A DNA stretch of 64,000 nucleotides from an uncultured Bifidobacteriaceae bacterium (GCA_964505725.1 CAZDJK010000048.1:690-64689); one strand, 5' to 3'. Positions 20,208 through 29,909 are shown, counted from the stretch's first letter. The notes: generated by a model not told the origin, from the sequence alone. Translations and numbers: made by a program.

Positions 20208-20588
20208 GTGGGCGAGGTCAAAGTGCTCATCGTCGACGACCAGGCACCGTTCCGGCGCGCCGCGCACGCGGTCATCGCGGCGACTCCGGGGTTCGAGGTC
20301 GCAGGCGAGGCGGAGAGCGGCGAGGAAGCGGTGGATCTCGCCGACGCGCTCGACCCCGGCCTCGTGCTCATGGACATCAACCTGCCGGGGATCAACGGGA
20401 TCGAGGCGACGCGCCGCATCGTCGCCGCGCACCCGGGCACCGTCGTGATGCTGCTGTCGACGTACCAGGCGGTCGACCTCCCTGCCGACGCCGAGTCCTG
20501 CGGCGCGGCGGCCTACATCCACAAGGAGCAGTTCGGCCCCAAGGTGGTCCGCGAGGTGTGGGAACAGCGCGACGGCAGCGCGGCCTGA
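20208..20588 (+). CDS. Single-domain response regulator (receiver only)
   Basis: VDDQ, MDINLPG and AYIHK motifs; 126 aa with no output domain. Confidence 0.9.
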   Translation: MGEVKVLIVDDQAPFRRAAHAVIAATPGFEVAGEAESGEEAVDLADALDPGLVLMDINLPGINGIEATRRIVAAHPGTVVMLLSTYQAVDLPADAESCGAAAYIHKEQFGPKVVREVWEQRDGSAA

Positions 20589-20608
20589 CGCCGCGCGGCG
20601 TCGCCGCC

Positions 20609-22771
20609 CTACGCCTCGGCGAGCGGGATCCGCCCCGAAACCCTCACGCCGTTCCCCGGTGACGACTCGACCTCGATGCTCCCCCCGATCGCGCCCACGC
20701 GGTCGCTCATGTTCACGAACCCGTGGCCGAGGTGCGCACCCGTCGTCACGTCGAACCCGGCACCGTCGTCGGCCACCTCGAAGAGCAGCGTGCCCGGCTC
20801 CTCGCGGACCGTCACCACCGCCTGCGCGCCCTGACCCGCGTGCTTCGCCGCGTTCTGGAGCGCCTCGAGGCAGCAGAAGTACACCGCGGCCTCGATCTGC
20901 TGCGGGTAGCGGCCGATGCCCTCGGCGTGGACGTCGGTCGGCAACGCGGCGCGCCCGGCGGCCGCGCTCAGCGCCTCCGGCAGGCCGCGGTCCATCAGCA
21001 GCGGCGGGTAGATGCCGTGCGCGAGGTTGCGAAGCTCCTGCACCGCGTCCTGGAGATCGCCGCCGATCTGCTCCAGCATCGCCTTGGCCGCCTCGGGGTC
21101 GGTGTCGGCGATCTGGCGCGCGAGGTTGACGTTGACCGCGAGCGCGACGAGGTGCTGCTGCGCACCGTCGTGCAGGTCGCGTTCGATGCGCCGGCGCTGC
21201 GCGTCGCCCGCCTCCACGATGCGCGAACGAGACGCACGCAGCTCGTCGGCCTGCCGGCGGACCTCGTCGAGCGACTCCTGCAGCGCGGAGTCGAGCTTCA
21301 CGTTGTGGAGCGCGAGGCCGACCTGGCGGGCCAGCTCGGTGAGGGCCTGCTCGTCGGGCTCGGCGAACTGGAGCGCGCCCTCGGGACGGCGCACCACGAT
21401 CATCCCGAGCAGCTCCCCGGAGTTGGTGATCGGCGCCACCCGGATGACCTCCTCGTCGTCGCCGAGCACGGCCGGCAGCCAGATGCGCGCCCACGCCGCC
21501 CCCGACACGCCCGCGCGCGCGATCACCGACTCCTCCTCGGTGCCGATCGGGAGGCGCGCCGGTCCGCGCTCGGGCACCGAGACCGCGCGCTCGAGGCCCC
21601 CGGTGCCGCGCGTCCACACCTCCGCGACCTCGAGCGACATCGTCTTGTTCAGCGACTCCGCGAGCTGGAGGAGCAGCTCGTCCAGGGGCAAGGCGCGGGT
21701 CAGGCGGCTCCCGAACGTGCGGAGAACCTCGTCCGGCGCGTGCCGCTCGCCGTACACGCGGCGGGTGGCGAGGCCGGTGAGCCGCTCCCGGACCGGCAGC
21801 CACAGCAGAGCGGCGACGGCCGCGGCGAGCATCGACAGGCCGAGGATGGTCTGCTCCTCACCGGTGGGCGAGTGACCGAGGCCGAGCACGACGACGAGGT
21901 AGCAGCCGGCGACCATCGCCGCGAGCCCGGCCAGCGTGATCGTGTGCACGAGGAGCCGATCGACGCGCACCGCGATCCGCTCCGACGAGCCCATCGCGAG
22001 CGCGAACGGGAGCAACGCGGTGGTTGCCACGGCGACGCCGCGCACCCCGTTCGGCCACGACACGAGGGCGTTGAGCACGAGTGCGACCAGTGACACGACC
22101 GCGGCGACCACGACCGCCCAGGCCACCCACTGGAGACGTGCCCGCTCGTGCGCGGTGCGCGCGCCGCGGCAGCGCGCCACGTACCCCACCGCGCCTGCGA
22201 ACGCGGCGACGCTCGCGACCGCCACGACCGAGCCGAGCGGGACCGCCGGCCGCTCGTCGAGGAGGTAGGCGGCGAGACCGGCTGCGGCGAGGTAGCCGAC
22301 GGCCGCGGTCACCCGCCGCACCGTCGTGCCGAGCACGCCGTCCGGGAGCCCGAGCGCGAGGTGGAGGCCGACGCCCGGGAGCAACGCGACCGCGATCGCC
22401 CGGATCGCCGCGCCCCAGTCGCGAGCGCCGTCGGTCGCCGCCTGCCGGGCTGCGAGAGAGGCTCCGAACAGCGCCATCGCGCCGATCAACGCGACCAGCG
22501 CCATCAGCAGGGCAAGGAGCTCGCGCGGACGTTGCAACGAGACGAACACGGCGGCGAGCGCCCATACGCCGACGAGCGCCGCAGCCAGGTAGCGGCCGGG
22601 CGAGGTGGTGGCGGGCTCGGCGAGGAGCAGCGCCAGCGCCACGATCGCGCCCGTGACCACCGAGGACGCAACCGTGGTCGTCGCGCGCGATGACCACGGA
22701 GGGCGCTCACGAACTTCGTCGCGGATGCTCGCGAGCTCGAGCGGCTCCACGTGTTCGAGGCTGCTGACCAC
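20609..22771 (-). CDS. Membrane sensor histidine kinase (multi-TM, GAF, HisKA_3, HATPase_c)
   Basis: ERDLHDGAQQHL, EALQNAAKHA, DDGAGF and GHGFVNMSDRV motifs; about 8-9 hydrophobic segments. Start uncertain (GTG 22771). Confidence 0.9.
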   Translation of the reverse strand: MVSSLEHVEPLELASIRDEVRERPPWSSRATTTVASSVVTGAIVALALLLAEPATTSPGRYLAAALVGVWALAAVFVSLQRPRELLALLMALVALIGAMALFGASLAARQAATDGARDWGAAIRAIAVALLPGVGLHLALGLPDGVLGTTVRRVTAAVGYLAAAGLAAYLLDERPAVPLGSVVAVASVAAFAGAVGYVARCRGARTAHERARLQWVAWAVVVAAVVSLVALVLNALVSWPNGVRGVAVATTALLPFALAMGSSERIAVRVDRLLVHTITLAGLAAMVAGCYLVVVLGLGHSPTGEEQTILGLSMLAAAVAALLWLPVRERLTGLATRRVYGERHAPDEVLRTFGSRLTRALPLDELLLQLAESLNKTMSLEVAEVWTRGTGGLERAVSVPERGPARLPIGTEEESVIARAGVSGAAWARIWLPAVLGDDEEVIRVAPITNSGELLGMIVVRRPEGALQFAEPDEQALTELARQVGLALHNVKLDSALQESLDEVRRQADELRASRSRIVEAGDAQRRRIERDLHDGAQQHLVALAVNVNLARQIADTDPEAAKAMLEQIGGDLQDAVQELRNLAHGIYPPLLMDRGLPEALSAAAGRAALPTDVHAEGIGRYPQQIEAAVYFCCLEALQNAAKHAGQGAQAVVTVREEPGTLLFEVADDGAGFDVTTGAHLGHGFVNMSDRVGAIGGSIEVESSPGNGVRVSGRIPLAEA

Positions 22772-22773
22772 GG

Positions 22774-22974
22774 CTACTCCGATCGTAGAACCGTCGCCGG
22801 CCGCAGACGAGCGGCGATGCGCACGAGGCGCGCGTGGGCCGTGTCGGTCCGGCGCGCGCCGCCCGCGGCCGCGAGCACCACTCCGCCCGCGAAGCCGACG
22901 AGCAGCGCCAGCGCGAGCGTCGCGCGCCATCGCGCCCGCAGCTCGGCTCGGAACCGGCACCGGACAGCTGCCAA
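22774..22974 (-). pseudogene. Truncated N-terminus of an FtsX-like ABC permease
   Basis: MAAV..RFRAELRARWRATLALALLVGFAGGVVLAAAGGARRTDTA directly follows the ABC ATPase, then stops at 66 aa. Confidence 0.7.
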
Positions 22975-22989
22975 CGGGACCCTGCGCCG

Positions 22990-23718
22990 CTAGGAGAAGG
23001 TCCGGAGCACGGTCTCGGCCGCGGCTTCGTCGGCCGCGCTCTCGATGCGACCGTCGCGCATGCGCACGATCCGGTCGGCGGCGGCGGCGACGGCGTCGTC
23101 GTGCGTCACCATGAGGATGGTCTGCCCGCCGGCGTGCAGGCGGCGGAAGAGCTCGAGCACCTCGTGGCCGCCCTCGGAGTCGAGCGCACCGGTGGGCTCG
23201 TCGGCGAGGAGCAGGGTGGGCTCGTTGGCGAGCGCCCGCGCGATCGCGAGGCGTTGGCGCTGCCCGCCGGACAGGACACCCGGCGCATCCTTGGCCTTGT
23301 CGGCCAGGCCGAGGAGGTCGAGGAGGTCCCGCGCGTGCGTCTCGGCCCGCTTGCGCGGCGCGCCCGCGATGACCGCGGGCAGCGTGACGTTCTCCAGCAC
23401 GCTCATCCCCTCGAGCAGGTTGAAGAACTGGAAGACGATCCCGATGTGGCGGCGCCGCATGATCGCGAGCTCGTCCTCCGACTTGCCGACGAGCGACTGG
23501 CCTGCAAGCACGATGTCGCCGTCGGTCGGGGTGTCGAGCCCGGCGACCATGTTCAGCATCGTCGACTTACCACACCCGGACGGCCCCATCACCGCGACGA
23601 ATTCGCCGTTGATCATCGTGAAGTCGACGCCCCGCAACGCGCGCACGGGCGCACCCTCGGACTCGAACGTCTTCCGGAGGCCGTGCGTCTCGACCACCAG
23701 GCCTTCACTCGCAGTCAT
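22990..23718 (-). CDS. ABC transporter ATP-binding protein (LolD/MacB-like)
   Basis: GPSGCGKST, LSGGQRQR, LLADEPTGALDS and VTHD motifs. Confidence 0.95.
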   Translation of the reverse strand: MTASEGLVVETHGLRKTFESEGAPVRALRGVDFTMINGEFVAVMGPSGCGKSTMLNMVAGLDTPTDGDIVLAGQSLVGKSEDELAIMRRRHIGIVFQFFNLLEGMSVLENVTLPAVIAGAPRKRAETHARDLLDLLGLADKAKDAPGVLSGGQRQRLAIARALANEPTLLLADEPTGALDSEGGHEVLELFRRLHAGGQTILMVTHDDAVAAAADRIVRMRDGRIESAADEAAAETVLRTFS

Positions 23719-25052
23719 GTCTCGCCCCCTTCCTCGTACACGTCGATCCGGTACGCGTGCACCGGCGTCTGCCTTCCCTTCACCAGGACCTCGTCGAGCT
23801 CGACGCAGTCGACCGGTTCGTGCAGCGCGACGTAGGTGGAGTCGTTCAGCACGATGCGCCCCGCGGGCCGCGCCAGGTCCTGGAGCCGCTGCGCGAGGTT
23901 CACGGTGTCGCCGACGAGCGTGTACTCGAGGCGCTCCTCCGATCCGAGCAGCGCGGCGGCGACCGGGCCCGTCGCCAGCCCGACGCCGAGCCCGAACGCG
24001 GGCCGTCCCATCTGCTCCCACGCACCGTTCAGCGCGTGCTGCCGCTCCAGCATCGAGATCGCCGCCTTCACCGCTCGGTCGGCGTGGTCCTCGAGCGGCA
24101 CCGGCGCACCGAAGCACGCCATCACCGCGTCGCCGACGAACTGCATCACCGTGCCACCCTCGTCGAGGATCGCATGGTTCATCTCCGCGCGGTGCTCGCT
24201 CAGCTGGGCCGCGAGGTGCGAGGGGTCGTTGTGCTCCGCGATCCCCGAGTAGCCGCGGATGTCGGCCATGAGCACCGTGACGACCAGGTCCTCGGTCTCG
24301 CCGATCTTGCGGCCCTCGTTGCGGAGCTTGTCGGCGAGCCCACCCGGGAGGAGCCGGCTGAGCTGCTCGCCCTGCTCCTCGCGGTCGACGATCGCCTGGT
24401 GCAGCATCCGCAGGCGCCGCAGCGCGCCGGTGGTCCCCGTGCTCGCGCCCTCCGACAACTTGAGGAAGAGCTGCTCCACCGCGTCGGCGACCGCCGCCGC
24501 GGTGGTGTTGCGCGACGCCGCCATCGCCTTGATCGGGCGGCCCTCCGCGACCTCGTGCAGCAGCCGCTCGTCGGCCGCGGTGAGCCCGGAGTCGTCGGTG
24601 ACCGGCTGCACGAGCGCCTCGACGATCTTCGGGTCGATCACCGAGCCCCCGGTGGCGACCTCGCGGACTGCCCGTGCCAGCTGGTCGCCCTCGGCGACGC
24701 GGTCCTTCAAGAGATAGGCGTAGCCGGCCGCTCCCTCGCTCAGCAGCGCGATCGCGTAGTCGGGGTCGTCGTACTGCGACAGCACCACCACCCCGGTGCC
24801 GGGATGCCGCTTGCGGAGCTCCTTGGCCGCGTCGATCCCCTCGCGCTGGAAGCTCGGCGGCATGCGGATGTCGGTGACCAGCACCTGGGGCGCCGCCGCC
24901 TCCGCGCCCGCGATCAGGCTGTCGTAGTCGTCGGCGGTCCCGACCACGTCGAGGTCGTGCTCGAGCCCCAGCAGCGCGCGGACGCCTTCCCGGACGATGA
25001 CGTTGTCGTCGGCGAGAAAGACCGTGATGCGCCCGTCCCCCATGCCTGTCAT
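23715..25052 (-). CDS. Receiver domain-class III nucleotide cyclase fusion
   Basis: N-terminal REC (ADDN, TDIRMPP, YLLK), a partial LuxR-like helix region, then the cyclase (ADIRGYS, QFVGDAVMA, YTLVGDTVNLAQRL). Confidence 0.9.
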   Translation of the reverse strand: MTGMGDGRITVFLADDNVIVREGVRALLGLEHDLDVVGTADDYDSLIAGAEAAAPQVLVTDIRMPPSFQREGIDAAKELRKRHPGTGVVVLSQYDDPDYAIALLSEGAAGYAYLLKDRVAEGDQLARAVREVATGGSVIDPKIVEALVQPVTDDSGLTAADERLLHEVAEGRPIKAMAASRNTTAAAVADAVEQLFLKLSEGASTGTTGALRRLRMLHQAIVDREEQGEQLSRLLPGGLADKLRNEGRKIGETEDLVVTVLMADIRGYSGIAEHNDPSHLAAQLSEHRAEMNHAILDEGGTVMQFVGDAVMACFGAPVPLEDHADRAVKAAISMLERQHALNGAWEQMGRPAFGLGVGLATGPVAAALLGSEERLEYTLVGDTVNLAQRLQDLARPAGRIVLNDSTYVALHEPVDCVELDEVLVKGRQTPVHAYRIDVYEEGGET

Positions 25053-25070
25053 TCAGTGCCTCTCGCCCCC

Positions 25071-25090
25071 CGCGGGCAAGGTTGCCCGCG
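25071..25090. promoter_or_regulatory. Palindromic putative operator
   Basis: CGCGGGCAA-GG-TTGCCCGCG, perfect 9-bp arms, between the divergent cyclase and cNMP-binding genes. Confidence 0.35.
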
Positions 25091-25226
25091 TCACCCCTGC
25101 GGGGGTGCTGCCCACCCCCGGCCCGCTCCGGTTGGCCCCCTCGCCGACCCGGTCCGCGAACCGTACCGTTGCCCCGAGGCGAAATCGCCAAACGACGGCG
25201 GGCACAGACAATCGGAGGTCGGAGCG

Positions 25227-26219
25227 ATGCGCATCGAAACGTCGGTCACGAGCATCTCCTGGATTCCGTCCGAGGCCGTGACCGGGCCGGTCCTGAAGGG
25301 CACCTTCGAGTCCGGGTTCACCCACTACGACGAGCCCCCACCCGACGCCATCGGCGACCTCGAGGCGCTGTGCGAGGCCGGGGCGTTCCGGTTCGCCAAC
25401 CATCTGGTGGCATGGGCCGAGATCGCCGACGGGCGTATCGTCGACGCCGGCTACTCGGGTGGCGGCCTCATGGGCCGGACGAGCGTGAAGCTCGCCAAGG
25501 TCCGGGCGACGTTCGAGCCTGCCGCGCTCCCCGACATCCGTTCCGACCCCGAGATCACCGAGACCGCGGTGCGGTTCGTGCAGACGACGGGCGGCCGGAC
25601 CGGCCTGCCGGCGCCCCGCCGGGTGAAGCACCCGCCGTTCGTGCAGTTCCGCGCCCCGACGGTGTGGACCACGCTCGCGCTCACGATCCGCGCCGACGGC
25701 ACGTCGAGCTTCGAGGTCCTCGGCGCGAGCAAGTTCCCCCGTCACTGGGTGTACGACGCGGACGGCAAGCTGAGCGCGAAGGTCGGGCTCGCCGACTTCA
25801 AGGACTGGTACCGCGACGCGTTCGGCAAGCACACGCCGTGGGGCGACCGCGATTCGCGGGCGCTCGTGACCGCGGTGGAGAGCGCCCTCGAACGACGCCT
25901 GTCGACCACGATCATGCGCGGCGGCGCCAAGCCGGAGATCCGCACCCTGAAGGAAGGCGCGCACCTCGTCGACCAGGGCGACACCGGGCGCGAGCTCTAC
26001 CTGGTGCTCGACGGCGTGCTCTCGGTGCAGATCGACGGCGAGCCCATCGCCGAGGTCGGCCCGGGCGCCATCCTCGGTGAGCGGGCGGTGCTCGAAGGCG
26101 GGACCAGAACCGCGACGCTGGTCGCGGCCACGAACGTGCGGGTCGCGGCCGCTGCGCCCGACCAGATCGACCGGGCCGCGCTGGAGGAGCTCGCGGCTTC
26201 GCATCGACGGGGTGAATGA
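25227..26219 (+). CDS. Cyclic nucleotide-binding domain protein with an uncharacterised N-terminal domain
   Basis: C-terminal LVDQGDTGRELYLVLDG...LGERAVL...RTAT cNMP cassette; RBS upstream. Confidence 0.85.
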   Translation: MRIETSVTSISWIPSEAVTGPVLKGTFESGFTHYDEPPPDAIGDLEALCEAGAFRFANHLVAWAEIADGRIVDAGYSGGGLMGRTSVKLAKVRATFEPAALPDIRSDPEITETAVRFVQTTGGRTGLPAPRRVKHPPFVQFRAPTVWTTLALTIRADGTSSFEVLGASKFPRHWVYDADGKLSAKVGLADFKDWYRDAFGKHTPWGDRDSRALVTAVESALERRLSTTIMRGGAKPEIRTLKEGAHLVDQGDTGRELYLVLDGVLSVQIDGEPIAEVGPGAILGERAVLEGGTRTATLVAATNVRVAAAAPDQIDRAALEELAASHRRGE

Positions 26220-26243
26220 GGCAAGCAGGTAGCGTCGCGCGCG

Positions 26244-27020
26244 ATGCGGATCGCGACCTGGAACGTCAACTCGCTCAAGGCGCGCATGCCGCGCGTGGAA
26301 GAGTGGTTGGCGTACGCGCAACCCGACGTCCTGTGTCTGCAGGAGACGAAGCTCGCCGACGACGCGTTCCCAGCGTTGGCGTTCTCCGCGCTCGGCTACG
26401 CGTCCGCGCAGCACGGCCACAACCAGTGGAACGGCGTCGCCATCCTGTCGCGGGTCGGGATCGACGACGTCACGACCGGCTTCGACGCGACCGTCGTCGA
26501 CCCCTACGAGGGTGACGCCCGGCTCCTGGCGGCGACATGCGCTGGGGTGCGGGTGGTCAGCGTCTACGTGCCCAACGGACGCGAGGTGGGCACCGAGTTC
26601 TACGACCGCAAGCTCGAGTGGCTCGACCGCCTCGCCGAATGGGTGCCGAGCCAGGCGTCGCCCGCCGACCCCCTCGCGGTGCTGGGCGACTTCAACGTCG
26701 CGCCCGACGACCGCGACGTGTGGTCGGTGAAGGCGTTCGCGGGGGTCACCCACGTCACCGAGCCCGAGCGCGCCGCGGTCGCCCGGCTCGGCGAGTGGGG
26801 GCTCTACGACGCGTTCCGCTGCCGCTATGCCGATGATCGCCTGTTCTCGTACTGGGACTACCGCCGGGGCGACTTCCACGAGCACCGAGGCATGCGCATC
26901 GACCTCGCGTTCACGACGCAACCGCTCGTCGACCGTCTCCGGTGGGCGGTGATCGACCGCAACGCGCGCAAGGGCAAGCTTCCGTCCGACCACGCCCCCG
27001 TGATCCTGGATTTCACGTGA
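26244..27020 (+). CDS. xth: Exodeoxyribonuclease III / AP endonuclease
   Basis: ATWNVNS, LQETK, YVPNG, GDFNVAP, RID and SDHAP motifs. Confidence 0.95.
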   Translation: MRIATWNVNSLKARMPRVEEWLAYAQPDVLCLQETKLADDAFPALAFSALGYASAQHGHNQWNGVAILSRVGIDDVTTGFDATVVDPYEGDARLLAATCAGVRVVSVYVPNGREVGTEFYDRKLEWLDRLAEWVPSQASPADPLAVLGDFNVAPDDRDVWSVKAFAGVTHVTEPERAAVARLGEWGLYDAFRCRYADDRLFSYWDYRRGDFHEHRGMRIDLAFTTQPLVDRLRWAVIDRNARKGKLPSDHAPVILDFT

Positions 27021-27514
27021 CGCCGCGTCGTTGGCTGTGGGTGCTCGGAGGGCTCGTCGGCGTGCTCGTGATCGTGCTCGTCGTCGTGCTCGCGACGCGT
27101 GACGACTCCGGGTCGTCCGCGTCGGACACCACGACGACCGCGTCGACCGCGCCGACCACGTCGAGCTCGACGACGACCACGGGCGCACCCACCACGACGG
27201 GCGCGCCGACCACGACGACCCGGGGCCTCCCACCCATCACCAACGACCCGCAGAGCTACGCGATCTACCTGTTCGCCGCGTGGCAGCAGGGCAATCAGCA
27301 GGCCGCCGCCAACGTGGCCGACAGCGACGCCGTCACCCAGATGTTCTCGCAGGCGTACCAGCCGTCGGTCACCTACACCATCGGCAACTGCAACCCAGCG
27401 GCGGGGTCGCTCTACTGCACGTGGAGCGGCTCCAACGGCTCGACTCTCACGATGACGGTCCGCAACACGACCGGTGGGCTGCCGATCCTCGTGGTCGGGG
27501 TCATGCGCTCCTGA
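27017..27514 (+). CDS. Membrane-anchored exported protein with a Thr-rich linker
   Basis: GTG overlaps the xth stop (GTGA); one TM, a TTT-rich stalk and a small C-terminal domain with 2 Cys. Confidence 0.7.
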   Translation: MTPRRWLWVLGGLVGVLVIVLVVVLATRDDSGSSASDTTTTASTAPTTSSSTTTTGAPTTTGAPTTTTRGLPPITNDPQSYAIYLFAAWQQGNQQAAANVADSDAVTQMFSQAYQPSVTYTIGNCNPAAGSLYCTWSGSNGSTLTMTVRNTTGGLPILVVGVMRS

Positions 27515-27673
27515 TCGTCTGCATCAGGGGAGGTCCTCGGGGCGGTCCTCGGGGGCGGGCGCGTCGGAGCTCGAGCATCCGCCCGCTGGGGCGGATGTGC
27601 CCACCGATGTGCCCCGACGGCGCCGGCGGGAAATACTCGACCCGACGGGGTCACGAGACGAGGAGGTCGGGTC

Positions 27674-28075
27674 GTGGCACAGAGCTCGGTGGACACCGCA
27701 TTGGCGAAGCTCGACGCGGTGAAGGACAGCCTGACGGTCAAGCGGGTCTTCGGTGACGCCTACGAGGTCGACGGCGTGACCGTGATCCCGGTGGCGATGG
27801 TGCGGGGCGGCGGCGGCGCCGGCCTCGGCGAAGGGACCAGCGGGAACGGGGAGCACGAGGCGAGCGGCGCGCTTCGCGGCGGGCCCGCCGGATCCGGCTC
27901 GGGGCTCGGCCTCGGGTTCGGCGTGGACGCGCGTCCCGTGGGCGTGTACGTCGTGAAGGACGGCGAGGTCTCGTGGCAGCCGAGCATCGACGTGATGCGC
28001 GTCGTGCTCGGCGGCCAGGTGGTCGCGATCTTCGCCCTCTGGACGCTGCGGAGGATCTTCGCCCGTCGGCGCTGA
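27674..28075 (+). CDS. YtfJ/GerW-family protein
   Basis: [25 protein letters not shown] and ARPVGVYVV motifs; GAGGAGG RBS. Confidence 0.8.
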   Translation: MAQSSVDTALAKLDAVKDSLTVKRVFGDAYEVDGVTVIPVAMVRGGGGAGLGEGTSGNGEHEASGALRGGPAGSGSGLGLGFGVDARPVGVYVVKDGEVSWQPSIDVMRVVLGGQVVAIFALWTLRRIFARRR

Positions 28076-28096
28076 CGGACAGGCCGCGGCGGTGGG

Positions 28097-29065
28097 TCAG
28101 CTGCGCGCCTTGAGAGCCTCGATCAGTGCGGGGACGACCTTGTGCACGTCACCCACCACCCCGAGGTCGGCGATCGAGAAGATCGGCGCTTCCGCGTCCT
28201 TGTTGACGCAGATGATGTTCTCCGATCCCTTCATGCCGACCATGTGCTGGGTTGCACCCGAGATCCCGAGCGCGATGTACACCCTCGGCTTCACGACCTT
28301 CCCCGTTTGCCCCACCTGCTTCGCGTACGGGACCCAGCCGGCGTCGACGATCGCGCGCGACGCGCCCGACGCACCCTTGAGCAGCTTGGCCAGCTCCTCG
28401 ACCAGGGGCTCGTAGGCCTCGGCGCTGCCGAGCCCGCGGCCGCCGGAGACCACGACCGTCGCCTCCTCGAGCTTCGGGCCCTGACGTTCCTCCACGTGCC
28501 GTTCGAGCACCTTCACCTCGCCGGCCCGCCCGGCGTCGGGTGTGGGGACGCTGACCACCTGTGCCGCGCCGCCGCCGCTGGGCTCGGCTGCGAACGACTT
28601 CGGGCGGATCGCCGCGAGGTAGGGGCCGTCGCCGGTGAGCTCGGCGTCGACGAGCGTGTTGCCGCCGAAGATCGCGGTCCCGACCACGAGCTTGTCGCCG
28701 TCGACGCGCAGGTCGGTGCCATTCGTGAGCACCGGCCGGTCGAGCTTCACCGAGAGGCGCGCGAGGGTGTCGCGCCCGTCGTAGCTCTGGGCGAACAGCA
28801 CCGCGTCGGGCGAGTGCTCCGCCACGAGCGACTCCAGTGCGGTGGCGCCGACGGCGCCGGGGAGCGCGTCGCCGGGGTCGACGGCGTAGACGGTGGTGGC
28901 GCCGTGCTCGCCCAGGCCGGGTGCGATGGCCTCGGCGGCACCGCCGACGTGCACGGCCTCCACGGTGCCCGCGAGCTCGCGCGCCTTGGTGAGCAGCTCC
29001 AGCGTGCTGCTCGTCGGCTTGTCGCCGTCGGCTTCGGCGAACACCCAGATCTTCGAGATGGCCAC
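28097..29065 (-). CDS. etfA: Electron transfer flavoprotein alpha subunit
   Basis: [28 protein letters not shown] and GISGATQH motifs. Confidence 0.95.
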   Translation of the reverse strand: MAISKIWVFAEADGDKPTSSTLELLTKARELAGTVEAVHVGGAAEAIAPGLGEHGATTVYAVDPGDALPGAVGATALESLVAEHSPDAVLFAQSYDGRDTLARLSVKLDRPVLTNGTDLRVDGDKLVVGTAIFGGNTLVDAELTGDGPYLAAIRPKSFAAEPSGGGAAQVVSVPTPDAGRAGEVKVLERHVEERQGPKLEEATVVVSGGRGLGSAEAYEPLVEELAKLLKGASGASRAIVDAGWVPYAKQVGQTGKVVKPRVYIALGISGATQHMVGMKGSENIICVNKDAEAPIFSIADLGVVGDVHKVVPALIEALKARS

Positions 29066-29129
29066 GGTGCCTTCCTTCTCTCTTCGAGCCCGGTTTCTCT
29101 TCGGAACGGTCGCGCGCGATCGGGTCCGC

Positions 29130-29909
29130 TCAGACGACCTTGAGCTGCTCGAGGAACTCGACGACGCGCAGGTACGCCTCGCCGTCGTCCTCGATCCTCT
29201 CGCCCGCCTCGCGCTGCGGCGCGGCGCTGACCGAGAGGATCGCCTGCCGCGCGCCGGCCCACCCGACGTCGTCGGCACCGAGGCCCAGATCGGCGACGCT
29301 CACCGTGTCGACCGGCTTGTTCTTGGCCGCCATGATCCCCTTGAACGACGGATAGCGCGGCTCGACCACCCCGGCGGTCACGCTCACCACCGCGGGCAGC
29401 GACGCCTCGACGGTGTCGTAACCGGCCTCGGTCTGGCGCTGGATGGTGATCTTGCCATCGCCGAGCTCGACGTGCTTGGCGAACGTCATCGACGGCCACC
29501 CGAGGAGCTCCGCGATCTGCGCGGGGACGGTCCCGGTGTAGCCCTCGGTCGACTCGGTGGCGGCCACCACGAGATCGGTCTCGCCCGCGCGCTCGATCGC
29601 CTTCGCGAGCACCTTGGCCGTCGACAGTGCATCGGAACCCGCGAGCGCGTCGTCGCTCACGAGGACCGCGCGCGCCGCGCCCATCGCGAGCGCGGTGCGC
29701 AGGCCGGAGACCTCCGCGTTGGGCGCCATGGAGATGAGCACGACGTCGCCGCCACCTGCCTTCTCCGCGAGCTGGAGCGCCATCTCGACGCCGTAGGCGT
29801 CCGAGTCGTCGAGGATGAGCTTGCCCGACCGGTCGAGCGTGTTGTCGGCTTCGAGCTTGCCGGGCACCGTCGGGTCGGGGATCTGCTTGACGCACACTGC
29901 AATCTGCAT
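29130..29909 (-). CDS. etfB: Electron transfer flavoprotein beta subunit
   Basis: VCVKQIPD, ALAMGA, GSDALST and PRYPSFKGIMAAK motifs. Confidence 0.95.
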   Translation of the reverse strand: MQIAVCVKQIPDPTVPGKLEADNTLDRSGKLILDDSDAYGVEMALQLAEKAGGGDVVLISMAPNAEVSGLRTALAMGAARAVLVSDDALAGSDALSTAKVLAKAIERAGETDLVVAATESTEGYTGTVPAQIAELLGWPSMTFAKHVELGDGKITIQRQTEAGYDTVEASLPAVVSVTAGVVEPRYPSFKGIMAAKNKPVDTVSVADLGLGADDVGWAGARQAILSVSAAPQREAGERIEDDGEAYLRVVEFLEQLKVV

